Below are positions 1-12,883 of a stretch of DNA of 43,236 nt, piece by piece. The position numbers and the translations under genes were made by a program. The notes below the pieces were generated by a model. That model was given only the letters and a program-made list of their open reading frames with translations. It had not been told where the DNA came from and did not search any database. This stretch comes from Octopus bimaculoides (lineage: Eukaryota), in NCBI RefSeq assembly GCF_001194135.2, contig NC_068998.1, positions 52,525,546-52,568,781 on the forward strand. The letters are read 5' to 3'. Positions within the stretch are counted from its first letter, which is position 1; every line of letters starts with the position of its first letter.

Positions 1-42
<42 letters not shown>

Positions 43-375
43 TATTGTTGTTGTTGCTGCTGCTGCTGCTGCTATGACAGCGAAGGAGAATTATAGGACC
101 TTATGAGACTTCACTATAAAGACTGGCCGTATTACTGATATCTATAAGTGTGTGTGTGTGTATGAATACATGCTTCTGTGTATGTGTGTATATCTTTCAC
201 TAATCTATAGACCCTTTATTTAATCTTTGCGCAGTCTCCCTTTGACCACAAATCGCGAACCTTATTAAATGAATGATTTTTTTTTTCTACTAAGCGCCAG
301 AAATGCACATAACGGAAGTAAAGAGAATTTCTTAACTTTACTCACGTACTAGGTACATAGGTTTCAGTGCGATAG

Positions 376-441
376 ACCATCACATGACATCACATGACAT
401 CACATGAGAGACCATCACATGAGAGACCATCACATGACATC
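376..441. repeat. Short tandem repeat of 10- and 15-bp units, each containing TCACATGA
   Basis: TCACATGA occurs at 380, 390, 400, 415 and 430 (spacings 10, 10, 15, 15 bp). Confidence 0.9.
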
Positions 442-654
442 CAATATTTTCTTATGTTCAGCGTTCGAACTAGAAGACGACCATTTTAAACCTTGTGACT
501 TAAAGATAGTTGTCATATTTTGAGACAATTATAATATTCTTTTTTAGGTATTGATTTTCTGTATACACATTAGCGATTCGCTAAATCATCCATAGAATTT
601 AAAGTTGAATATGTCTATAGACTGACAGAGAATTCAGTCCGGAATGAGTCGATG

Positions 655-823
655 GCAACTGATGCTGGTGTGATTATGTCCTCGTAACTTAGCGGCTCGG
701 AAAAAGAGATCGACACACTAATTACTAGGCTTACAATGAACGGGATCGATTTGTTCGGCTAAAGTCGGTGCTCCAGCATAGCCGCAGTCAAACGACTGAA
801 ACAACTAAAAGAATAAAAGAATA
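655..823 (+). mobile_element. 3' half and tail of the bipartite SINE (family B/C)
   Basis: GATGCTGGTGTG...CGTAACTTAGCGG...GGTGCTCCAGCATAGCCGCAGTCAAACGACTGAAACAA followed by an (AAAAGAAT)n-like tail. Homologous to 12703-12776 and to the reverse complements of 19144-19333 and 38541-38730. Confidence 0.8.
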
Positions 824-959
824 TATATATATAACATACAGTTATGGGCGCATACATTCAAGCACAGACCCTAAACTTACGTAAATACTGCATTTCTGGG
901 TTATTTTACCTGACGCAAATAATTCTTTGGCTGATGTGAAAATTCAATGAATGAACCAC

Positions 960-977
960 AACAGCAACGACAACATC

Positions 978-1045
<68 letters not shown>

Positions 1046-1360
1046 CCTATTTTTTGAAGCACAACCATAATAACATGTCCACCCATAAACACATTCATTC
1101 AGATCAGTATTTCCAACAAAGGAAACGGTACTTAACAATCAACAGAGATATCATCATCATCATCATCATCATCGTCGTCAACACCACCACCACCACCACA
1201 ACCATCATGATCGCCAGTAGCAAAATCATCACCATCACTGTTATCGTCATCATCGTCGTCGTCGTCGTCGTCGTCGTCTTCATCGTCATCAGCATTATCA
1301 TTTTCATCAGCGCCATTAACACCCACGCCCACCAGCAACCCCCCCCATCACCCCCACAAT

Positions 1361-1418
<58 letters not shown>
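960..1418. repeat. Compound trinucleotide microsatellites (CAA)n, (CAT)n, (CAC)n, (CGT)n
   Basis: Directly visible; they generate the spurious poly-amino-acid ORFs at 944-1522. Confidence 0.95.
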
Positions 1419-1787
1419 ATGTAATATCCACAACAAAGAATTAACACTAATCTCTCTGTCCTCTCTTTCTCTCTCTCTCCCTCTCTCTCTCTCCTTTTTC
1501 CCCTTTTTCCCCCCTCCTCCATTGTTATTCTACTTTCTTGTGGGAGTTCTCAATCGGCAGTCATGTGTGTTAAATTGCCTGGACATAATTCCTAACCCTG
1601 TCCCTCCTCCAGTGAGAGGGGTCAGTCACAATGGCGACTTACACAAGAGGAAGGGAAGGGAACACAACAACTGGCAAAGATCGCAATTCAATGTTTGTCG
1701 AATTCGATTTAACATCGTTCATTTTATTTATATTTTGGTGATANNNNNNNNNNNNNNNNNNNNNNNNNNNNNNNNNNNNNNNNNNNN

Positions 1788-2601
1788 CTCCTCCTCCTCC
1801 TCTCCCTACATCTCCCGTCTCTCCTCTTCTCTCTCTCTCTCTCCCAGCCCCTCTCTTCCTTCTCCATTCGTTCTTTCCGCCATCTTGTATGTTTTCCCTC
1901 TTTTTCTTCTCTTTTTCTGACTTCTCTCACCTCCCCCTCTTTCTCTCCCGCCACCCATCATTCCTCCCTCACCATATTTTCTCCTCTCTCTTCCCCCCTC
2001 TCTCTCTCTGAATTTCACCTTCTCTCTTTCTACCTTCTCTCTCTCTGACTCTTTCACATTTCTTTCTCTTCCTCTCACTCTCACTCTAACTCTCACTATC
2101 TTTCTTTCTCTCTCTCTAACCCTCTCACCTCTCTCTCTCTCTCTTCTTCCTTCCTCTCTCCTACTCTCTCATTTTCTCACCTCTCTCCTCTCCCCTTTCT
2201 CCTTCCACTTTACTTCTCTCTCACTAACACTCTCCCTCTCATATTCTCTCCCTCCTTCACTCTTCCTTCCCCTCATTCTCTCACTCTCTATTTGTCTCTC
2301 TCTCAACTTCTCGCCCCATTTCATTCTCTCTATCCTGACAATTCTCTCCCATCCTGTCCCCCTTCCAACATCCCCCTCTCTCTAACAGCATCCCACACAA
2401 ACCCTTGCTCTCTTCCTCCTCTCTCACAAAACACTGTCTCCATCTTTCTAATTCTCCCCCTTTACTGCACTCTCCCATCCAACGCCGTTCTCCTTATCTC
2501 GAATGATACTCTCCTTACACTCGCACTTATAACCCTCACTCACCTCCGCTTCATCATAAACGCTTTATATCTTTATGGCCTGCTCACCCCCTTTCCCTCG
2601 G

Positions 2602-2644
<43 letters not shown>

Positions 2645-2777
2645 ACACTTACCCCTGTTTTCTTCCGTAACACAACCCTCTACTGGCATTTCTCTCCACT
2701 TCTCTTTCTTTCTCCTTCTTTCATATTACTTTTACTACCTCCCCCTCTCGCTCTCACTCTCGCTCCCCCCTCTCTAT
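1788..2777. repeat. Long CT-rich polypyrimidine low-complexity tract
   Basis: Roughly 1 kb dominated by C and T, with (CT)n runs. Confidence 0.9.
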
Positions 2778-3147
2778 GNNNNNNNNNNNNNNNNNNNNNN
2801 NNNNNNNNNNNNNNNNNNNNNNNNNNNNNNNNNNNNNNNNNNNNNNNNNNNNNNNNNNNNNNNNNNNNNNNNNNNNNNNNNNNNNNNNNNNNNNNNNNNN
2901 NNNNNNNNNNNNNNNNNNNNNNNNNNNNNNNNNNNNNNNNNNNNNNNNNNNNNNNNNNNNNNNNNNNNNNNNNNNNNNNNNNNNNNNNNNNNNNNNNNNN
3001 NNNNNNNNNNNNNNNNNNNNNNNNNNNNNNNNNNNNNNNNNNNNNNNNNNNNNNNNNNNNNNNNNNNNNNNNNNNNNNNNNNNNNNNNNNNNNNNNNNNN
3101 NNNNNNNNNNNNNNNNNNNNNNNNNNNNNNNNNNNNNNNNNNNNNNN

Positions 3148-3201
<54 letters not shown>

Positions 3202-3290
3202 TTATAGTGCTCTCTTTCATAGCGTCTCCTTCGTCGGCGTATTTCTCGTGTGAGTGCATGTATATATATATGCGTGTATGTGTCTGAGAG

Positions 3291-3343
<53 letters not shown>

Positions 3344-4830
3344 CAGACAGACAGACAGGACAAATCCCCACCACTCAGAAACGAAACACACCCATACAGG
3401 GAAGGAAAGAGTGTATATAGAGAATTACTGTGTCACAGGCGTTTTTTGTTGGATGGAGTTTATTGTGAAGGATGCCAGCCGATACAATACTCATTACATT
3501 TATATATGTATGAATGTATATGTGTTTGTTTATATATATACGCATATATGTATGTAGGCTTGTATGCATTTCGAGGAGAAAGAAAAATCCGAAAGAACGT
3601 TCGCCTTGTTGTAAAACTGGAGATCTTCCTGGATCAGTTGAATTTGTACGAGAGAGTCTTAGCAATATCGTGCAGGCTGTTATTGACATTAAATTTCATT
3701 GCTGGCAACGCTGACAGTCATTGCCCTTAGCATCTAGGATTAGATAATTTGTCAGTGATGGTCGTACTCGTCTACTAGTCGACAGCCACTATGTTTGTTT
3801 GCTTGTCTGTTTGTATGTATGTATGTATGTATGTATGCATGGATGGATGGATGGATGTTTTCTTCAGTGATATCCTTCTGAGAATCCAAACCAGTCACAG
3901 AGACACAAGCTTTGTTTCATTTTTACTTTTATTTCTTTGAATCGAGACCATTTCCGAAATTTGTGAATATGTGAGTTACGTTATGTGTATGTTTGAAATA
4001 GTATGAATAGACATACTCACAGTCACGTAATGAGTGTACTTGTTTCTTTAGCACACGGTACTGTGTCATTGGGGTATGTATGTATACCATATACACACAT
4101 AGAATTGTGAGTATATGCAAATTCCAATGAACTTAAAGAGAGAGAATTTCAGGAATGTATCGCCAATGTTCTCTTTAACACTATTCTATTCGCTTTGGAG
4201 AAAGTGAATGAGTTGGTTTCATTGTTTCTTGAAAACCACCGAACCATCAACATTTTCATGCTTTTATGCAAATCTGTCCAGTTCATCTAAAAGAATAGAT
4301 CGTTAATCTATGACCAGGGTTCAAATACTGTTCATTCTACACTAGTTTTTGTTCCTTGTAACATTTCACGGCTTATACAACTTACCCCCACCAAACCCAC
4401 CCAGACACACATCCACACGCGCGCACCACATACACACACACATATATAAACGCACATTATTGGTTAGACAAAGAATATGGCTATCTATAAGGTGTTTGCC
4501 TCTCCTGTCGAAGTTCTACTGCTTGTTTACATTTCAGAGTCTTCACCAGAACAATTCAAGGTTTATTACACTAGAAACATTTACAATGCTGGTCGTATAC
4601 CATTCCATGCTGTGAAAAATAAAGTCTATGGCTTCTAAGGCAACCCGACGCTTGATATTATTACGTTCTGGTGACTTCCTACGATAACAATTGTTTTTCG
4701 CATTTGACTCGTAGTTCGTGTTTAAGAATGGTTACTTGCGATGTGAGTGTCTCTCTGGTTGGCAGTTCTTTTAGATCTCGGACAATCTTTAATAAAACAG
4801 TTGCTGGTTCCTAAACTCATTATTCATTTT

Positions 4831-5124
4831 GCCGCGTGGCTTAGCGGTCAGGGTGCTCAGGTCAGGGTGTAAGATCGTGAGTTTGATTCCTGACAGTGCG
4901 TTGTGACCTTGAGCAAGACACTTTATTTCACGTTGCTCCAGTCCACTCGGCTGGCAAAAATGAGTTGTACCTGTAATTCAAAGGGCCAGCCTGGTCACTT
5001 TCTATGTCACGCTGAATCTCATTGAAAACTACGTTAAGAGTACACGTGTCTGTGAGGTATTCAGCCATTTGCACATTAATTTCACGAGCAGGCTGTTCCG
5101 TTGAACGGATCAACTAGAACCCTT
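4831..5124 (+). mobile_element. tRNA-derived SINE (family D), near full length
   Basis: Degenerate A and B boxes (TGGCTTAGCGG; GAGTTTGATTCC), then TGTGACCTTGAGCAAGACACTTTATTTCACGTTGCTCCAGTCCACT, ending GCAGGCTGTTCCGTTGAACGGATCAAC. Matches the reverse complement of 9916-10198 along its length. Confidence 0.85.
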
Positions 5125-5211
5125 ATTGTGACTTGACAAACTGTATAAAACCCCGGTAGACACAATATTTTCAATCAACAACCTCACGGTATTGTATACT
5201 GTGCGACATCA

Positions 5212-5217
5212 ATGATA

Positions 5218-5264
<47 letters not shown>

Positions 5265-5274
5265 AATAATAATG

Positions 5275-5316
<42 letters not shown>
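5212..5316. repeat. (GAT)n-(AAT)n compound microsatellite
   Basis: Directly visible. Confidence 0.95.
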
Positions 5317-5317
<1 letters not shown>

Positions 5318-6108
5318 AGGTGATACTTATCAATTCAATTTTCTGTTTGATAATTTTCTACAAACTTCTTTTTAAACAGCGCAACATTACTCTTAACCAG
5401 GTTTTCTATTTCTGTTAAACTGATTCTAGTTACTGTTAATATTTTGGAGATAGCTTTCATTACAGTTAACTCTAACGAATCCCCTATGATGACGCGACTG
5501 TCTTCGACGTCATGTTGATACGGGTGTGCATGTATGCATACATCATGTACGATTGTATGTATGGAAGTGTGTATGTATGTCTGTATTTGTGTATGAGGCG
5601 TGTAGTTCTGCACGCATGTATCTCTGTGTGTATGAATGCGTGGATGATTGTGAATAAGACAGAGAAACGAAGAGCAGCGGAGGGATTAGAAGAGGAGCGT
5701 AGTAGAAGGAAAAAGAATAGGGAGGGGTAAAGAGAAAGAAAGAGATAAAGAGACAAGGGGCGATAGAAAGAGAAAGAAAGAGCTAGGGAGAAGAAAAGAG
5801 AGACGGAAAGGAAGAGGTTGAAAGGGAGAAAGAGCAAGTGATACGGAAAAAAAGCTAGAGAGAAGGAGAGGAAAAAAGAGAGATAAAGAGGTAGGAAAAG
5901 GAAAAGATAAAGAGTTAGGGGGAAAGAAAAGGAGAGGGAGTGAGGGGGTAAACGCTAGTGAGAGGGAGAGGAAGAGGAAGAATATATATATATATTAGGG
6001 AGGGAAAAAGTAATGACCTGTTAATGACTAGCTACAGGTCTTTGAGACTATATTTCTCAATTTGTGTTTATGTTTGGCTTCGTGTTATTGTGTGTAAGGT
6101 GAGTCTAT

Positions 6109-6159
<51 letters not shown>

Positions 6160-6205
6160 CATGCGTGTGTGTGTGTGGTTGTGTGTGTGTGTGTGTGTGT
6201 TTGTG

Positions 6206-6239
<34 letters not shown>

Positions 6240-6898
6240 GGTATATAGGTATATGCATATGTATATATATATGATATGTATATACTCACATATATANNNN
6301 NNNNNNNNNNNNNNNNNNNNNNNNNNNNNNNNNNNNNNNNNNNNNNNNNNNNNNNNNNNNNNNNNNNNNNNNNNNNNNNNNNNNNNNNNNNNNNNNNNNN
6401 NNNNNNNNNNNNNNNNNNNNNNNNNNNNNNNNNNNNNNNNNNNNNNNNNNNNNNNNNNNNNNNNNNNNNNNNNNNNNNNNNNNNNNNNNNNNNNNNNNNN
6501 NNNNNNNNNNNNNNNNNNNNNNNNNNNNNNNNNNNNNNNNNNNNNNNNNNNNNNNNNNNNNNNNNNNNNNNNNNNNNNNNNNNNNNNNNNNNNNNNNNNN
6601 NNNNNNNNNNNNNNNNNNNNNNNNNNNNNNNNNNNNNNNNNNNNNNNNNNNNNNNNNNNNNNNNNNNNNNNNNNNNNNNNNNNNNNNNNNNNNNNNNNNN
6701 NNNNNNNNNNNNNNNNNNNNNNNNNNNNNNNNNNNNNNNNNNNNNNNNNNNNNNNNNNNNNNNNNNNNNNNNNNNNNNNNNNNNNNNNNNNNNNNNNNNN
6801 NNNNNNNNNNNNNNNNNNNNNNNNNNNNNNNNNNNNNNNNNNNNNNNNNNNNNNNNNNNNNNNNNNNNNNNNNNNNNNNNNNNNNNNNNNNNNNNNNN

Positions 6899-6930
<32 letters not shown>

Positions 6931-7722
6931 GTACGTGTGCTTGATTGTGCGTGTGTGTGCGTGCGCATGTCTGATCGCACGTAGCAGTATGCGCAAATTG
7001 TTTGTGTTTCATTACATATTGATGTAACAATCAATCGGAATGAGGCCTCATGGGAAATTCCCTTTCCCAATCTCTAAGCAAGAAGATTTACAATAAACGC
7101 AACTACAACAACAACACCAACGCATCCAGCATTAGGACTTTTATTGTTTGTGTGTCTGTTTTCTCGTTTTGTTCTCTTAAATACAATATCAATGGCTATT
7201 TGATGTAGCTGAGGCAGTAAAGCGTCTTACTAAACGCCTGTCTTTATTCAGTTTCGTTTGATTGGTGTTCGATTCACAACTTTGTCGATGCTGCTAGGTC
7301 CTGCTTTCTTGAAAAACTACCAATAATGTATGTATTTATGTATGTACGTATGTTAGTTTGTATGTGTGTATCTATCTATCTATCTATATATATATATACG
7401 TACGCATGTTTACGTATATATGTATGTAACTATCTATGCATCTATGTATCTACCTATATAAAAAGCCACATTGTAGATTGACCAGATATTTCCCACTGCT
7501 ATGTGGCCATGAAACGCGCGTAGTCTTTCTTCCACTTTCGTTTCATAAACGTAACCGATTCTAATTCTTAGTCCAATATTTCATAGATTGTATGTATTAT
7601 AAATTCTCCCTTGGATTTTTTAGATTTTTAAACTAGTTTTGTATAGTACCCTTTTCTTGATGGTGTCTGATCTCCTTCATGGTGCGAGCTGCACCATGGT
7701 GGTTCTTCTCTAAGTTATTAAA

Positions 7723-7756
<34 letters not shown>

Positions 7757-7976
7757 CGTGTATAATGTATGTATATGTATATATGAATGTATGCATATAT
7801 AGTCAGACATTTGTGTACGAGTGTATGTATGAACAGAAATCTATGCTTATTTATGCATATATATGCATGTATATATTTTGGGACGTAGATCACAGAGACA
7901 AGCCAAGTATTTATTTGACGACCAATATGTAAAGCACCGTACAGTAAAACAAGATATATATGTATGTATGTATGTA

Positions 7977-8026
<50 letters not shown>

Positions 8027-8132
8027 TTCATGTGAGTATCTAGGCGTGTACGTTAAATTACACGCTCACATATATTTACATATACATACATTCATATAAG
8101 TATGCATATCTATTCAGTTATCCACACCCTTG

Positions 8133-8180
<48 letters not shown>

Positions 8181-8689
8181 TACACGATTGCACACACAAC
8201 CCTTCACACAAACACGGTTACGCATACGCCCATATTCCTCTCTATGTTTCAATATATGTACATACAAATGAACAACACTCACCACTGGGCCACGCAATTA
8301 TCAAAATCCATATATCGCAGCGCAAACAATAATAGACTAGTCAAATTATAAACTACAAACAAAACACACACAAAAAGAAAGAAAAAATACAAAACCAAAA
8401 CAGATAAATATATAATAACACCAATAAGAGATCAATATGAAGATATCTGTTCCAACAATGGCGGCATATTGACTGAACACTTGCAAGTCTCATCAACAAA
8501 TTTGTACGACTCGCATTACAAACACGCATATATAGAGTAGAACGAAGGTTTCCTGTTGAGGGATAAACTGATTTGGCGGTTGATGGATTGGATTTCTCTC
8601 ACAAACAAAATTCGAATGTAATATACAAACACAGAACGAGGTTCGTTTATATATATATATATATATATGTATACATATATATATATTCC

Positions 8690-8722
<33 letters not shown>

Positions 8723-8859
8723 ATCTATGTATATGTTTTTATATATATGTATGTATGCTACAAGATATGCGTATATATAAAAATACATTCACACACATTA
8801 ACACATATATGCACATACGTGCATACATTAAACTGCAGGTGTGTGCGCGTACGTTTATA

Positions 8860-8892
<33 letters not shown>

Positions 8893-8902
8893 NNNNNNNN
8901 NN

Positions 8903-8940
<38 letters not shown>

Positions 8941-9268
8941 GCATATACTTGATTTATATACACACACATATTTATACACAGATATTTTTGCTTGAATATA
9001 TATATATATATATATGTTTGTGTGTATGTGTGCGTGTGTTTCTGTGCGTATGTTTCTGTGTGTGTGTGTGTTTGAGAATGAGAGAGAGTGTGTGTGTGTA
9101 TGTGTGCGCGTTTGTCTATCACGCATTTCACAGGACACATTTATCAAATAGCTGCAATATCGATTGTATTATGAATTATAATCAGAGTATGTATGCATGT
9201 ATACATGTATGTATGTATGTATGTATGTATGTATATAGGCATATGTAGGTATGTAAGTAGGCTCGTGA

Positions 9269-9316
<48 letters not shown>

Positions 9317-9915
9317 CGCATAGACTTAAATGTATACACAACTTTTTAATGTAGCATGGCTATCAGATTTTTCCCCAAGATCACAGAATTTTTCATCCCC
9401 ATCAAAACGATAGAACTCTAATATCGCACCTCTGACTATGGTTTCCATTCCTCATTAGCTGGTCACTTTGTCGCCATTTCACAATTTGGATTGACTTATG
9501 AAAGACTCGTTCTGGTAAGTAAACTCCATTACGGTGTTGGAATGTGCTGATGAGGTGACGAGAGGCTTCGAAGAACGACCTGATATTGAACACTATCCAT
9601 AGATTTTATGAAATAAAGTAGAAATGTATTTAGCACGATTTACTACACTTCATAGGTTGTATGTAAATGTATGTGTGAGTGTGTGTATATATGTGTGTGT
9701 GTGCGTACAGAGGGAGAAAGAGAAAGAGAAGTGAGGGGGAGCGAGAGAGTTTTTGTTGGACGAATGAGAAAAAAATGCCCAATAAATGTTGCAGCGAATG
9801 AGTTTTTTTTAATATATATATATAATTTAAATGTAAAACGGAGGGTTCGTTTCGCGACTTCGGACACTCATGTCCTTTGACTAATTCTCGGTCGTGGTTT
9901 CAATTAAAAATCTAT

Positions 9916-10198
9916 ATCCGATCAGATGAACAGCCTGCTCATGAAATTAACGTGCAAGTGGCTGAGTACTCCACAGACACGCATACCCTTAACGTAGTTT
10001 TCAAGGAGATTCAGTGTGACACAGAATGTGACAAGGCTGGCTGTTCGAATTACAGGTACAACTCATATTTGCCAGCGGAGTGGAATGGAGCAACGTGAAA
10101 TGAAGAGTCTTGCTCAAGGACACAACGCGTCGCTGGGAATTGAACTCACGACCTTACAATCGTGATCCGAATTCTCTAACCACTCAGCCATGCGTCTT
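9916..10198 (-). mobile_element. tRNA-derived SINE (family D), near full length
   Basis: Minus-strand head GACGCATGGCTGAGTGGTTAGAG...GAGTTCAATTCCCAGCG contains Pol III A and B boxes; the body is homologous to 4831-5124. Confidence 0.88.
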
Positions 10199-11170
10199 CA
10201 CACACACACACTTGTGTGTGTGTGTGTGTGTGTTCAATTCGTGCAACTCGATTCTGCTACTTCGTTCTTCTTCTCTAATCAATACCCTTTCTTTAATCGC
10301 ATCCATTTTTAAAGGAAGGATACTGCTCAGAGAAAAGGATCCCTCTTGCTTACTGGTCCACAAAGGATATGTCTGTCTGTCTCTCCCTGCCCCCTTCGCT
10401 CTCCCTCTCTCTCTCTCTCACTTTTCAAATATCCAACTCGGAAGCTTCACCATTCCCCATACCTGTCCTGGTATCTGACCATTCATTCTCAACACCATCG
10501 TCGCCACCTTACACCACCTAACACCTATTCGTTCCACATAACGGACTTGTTCACCTGCATTTTTTATGCATCGAAATCCGATAACAGTCTCAGGTGATTC
10601 AATTTCCATAGATTGTTTCAAAAATAAAAGTTACAATAAAGGAATTATGAAGTATGACATAATTAATGCAGTTAACGCTATAAACAAGCGGTAGAATTAA
10701 TGGAAGGTTAACGAGTTTCAGGTATGAAAGTGCGAATGAGTGCTTTGTTAAATGATATAATCAGTTACTGGAACGGTTTCACTTTATAACAGAGAAAGAC
10801 AAAAGTGTTATAGAATGAAAAAGTGAGAAAGCATCAATGTTACGGTTAAATGTTTGTGTATTCACCTCTTCAACGAATTGATGGTGTAATCTTTCCGTGT
10901 TTTAGTGGATGCTTCATGAAACAGCGACATTTTGTGAAGGGCACAGATTTCCCATTTAAATAGACTGCTCGTTCGTTAATTAACACTTATATCGGTGTGT
11001 ATAGACATGTGTGTGTGTGTGCGTCTGTGTGTGTATACGTGTGCGTGCGTGTGTTTGTATTTATGTATACATATAGAATTATGCACCTTACTTTATCTAT
11101 ACATATATATGTGTGTCTGCATAAGGTGCATAGGTGTGTATGAATATGTATGTATGCGTGCATATATGTA

Positions 11171-11264
<94 letters not shown>

Positions 11265-11758
11265 ATACACATATATACATCTCCTTCTATATATATAATG
11301 CTTGATTCTTTCTCTATGCATATACAAACACACACACACATACACACACACATATATACATACTTACACACATGCTATATTTGTAGACATATATATATAT
11401 TTATATATATATATGTACACACACATATACGTACACACACACACACACACATATACGCATATAAAATTCCATGTACAAACCCAATGACAAATATACACAA
11501 GTCGAAGTGTTTATTTGACTTGCTCATCATTTTCTGTTTTCCTTTGTCTTTTTTTTTAATGTGCTTTTCGTGGTGTAATATTTATGTATAACGATACATT
11601 TAGAAAGTGAAGCCGATGTAGCCACCACAGGCAACAAATAAAGAATGCCAGACGTATTTTAGTGACAACATCCAGAACTGTCTCAGGCCGTGTTGTACGG
11701 CGATAAATATATCGATGCATGATGGCGAAAATAAATAAATTATTAGTTAAATAAATAA

Positions 11759-11763
<5 letters not shown>

Positions 11764-11851
<88 letters not shown>

Positions 11852-11871
11852 CTCCCAGCCTCTCTCTCTCC

Positions 11872-11936
<65 letters not shown>

Positions 11937-12058
11937 AGTCTGTCTGTCTGTCAGTCTGTCTGTCTGTCTGCCAGTCTGTCTGTCTATCAGTCTATCTGTC
12001 TTCTTGTCTGTCTTTCTGCCTGCACGCCTTTTTGCTTGTCCGTATGCCTATTTGTCAT

Positions 12059-12090
<32 letters not shown>
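11764..12090. repeat. (CT)n, (CTAT)n and (CTGT)n compound microsatellite
   Basis: Directly visible. Confidence 0.95.
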
Positions 12091-12091
<1 letters not shown>

Positions 12092-12511
12092 GTGTATATG
12101 TGTGTGTGTATGTGCATGTGTGTTTGTGCATGTATATATTGTCCCATACACATGCACACTGATGTGTATGTACATATGTATGTGTGTGCGTAAGCATATT
12201 AAACACATCACATTTTTTTCTACATGTTAGCTTCTTCCTGTGCATATCAACTCCTTTTTCGCCAACGAAAGAATATATCATTACCATTCTTCCCATAATC
12301 CCTTTCACTCATTTATTTATATTTTCGTATATTCACATATTTATTTATTTATCTATTTATTCCAGTCTTCCACGATTTCTATAGTTCCATTGAATTTTTA
12401 ACAAAACAACATAATTTCAGGTTTCAGCCGGTCGTCAGTGAGGTGCGACGAAATGTGTAAGCATGCAGGGATATTAATTTGATAAATAATAAGAAATAAT
12501 CTCTTTACAAA

Positions 12512-12776
12512 AGCGCATGTATGGCCGTGGGGTTAAGAACCTTGCTTCGCAATTATGTGGTTCCGTGTTCAGTCCAACTGTGTGGTACCTCAGACAAGTA
12601 CCTGCTACAATCTAGCCCCGGGCCGACCAATGTCTGTGAGTGAATTCTTTAGACAGAAACTCTGTGGAAGCTCATCGTATATATATATACATATGCGTTT
12701 GTACTCGATAACCGGTGTTGGCTTGTTTACGTCAACGTAATTTAGCGGTTCAGTAGGAGAGACTGATAGGATAAGT
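12512..12776 (+). mobile_element. Bipartite SINE (family B/C), decayed, with an internal TA tract
   Basis: Head TGGCCGTGGGGTTAAG...GTGTTCAGTCC, body GGCCGACCAA...GAAACTCTGTGGAAGCTCATCG, then (TA)n, then ACCGGTGTTGG...TTTACGTCAACGTAATTTAGCGGTTC. Homologous to 30683-30830 and to the reverse complement of 41785-42140. Confidence 0.75.
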
Positions 12777-12778
12777 TC

Positions 12779-12883
12779 CCAGCTGATCCGATCAACGGAA
12801 CAGCCTGCTCGCTAAAATTAATGTGCAAGTGGCTCAGCACTCCACAGACACGTGTATCCTTAACATAGATCCCAGAGAGATTC
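12779..12883 (-). mobile_element. 3' fragment of SINE family D
   Basis: GATCCGATCAACGGAACAGCCTGCTCG...TGCAAGTGGCTCAGCACTCCACAGACACG aligns with 9916-10010. Confidence 0.8.

Noticed and set aside
9494-9520. Strong donor-like site TCTG|GTAAGT as a candidate end of Tlx exon 1
   Set aside because: The phase-1 frame needed to join 13166 has a TGA stop five codons upstream and no TLX N-terminal motifs.
9546-9585. CTGATGAG...CGAAG hammerhead-like core
   Set aside because: It has GAAG rather than GAAA, and stems I-III are not convincing.
9877-10098. ORF containing WFQ (SRSWFQLK) as a possible second homeobox
   Set aside because: It lacks N51, R53 and the rest of the helix pattern, and most of the ORF is an antisense SINE translation.
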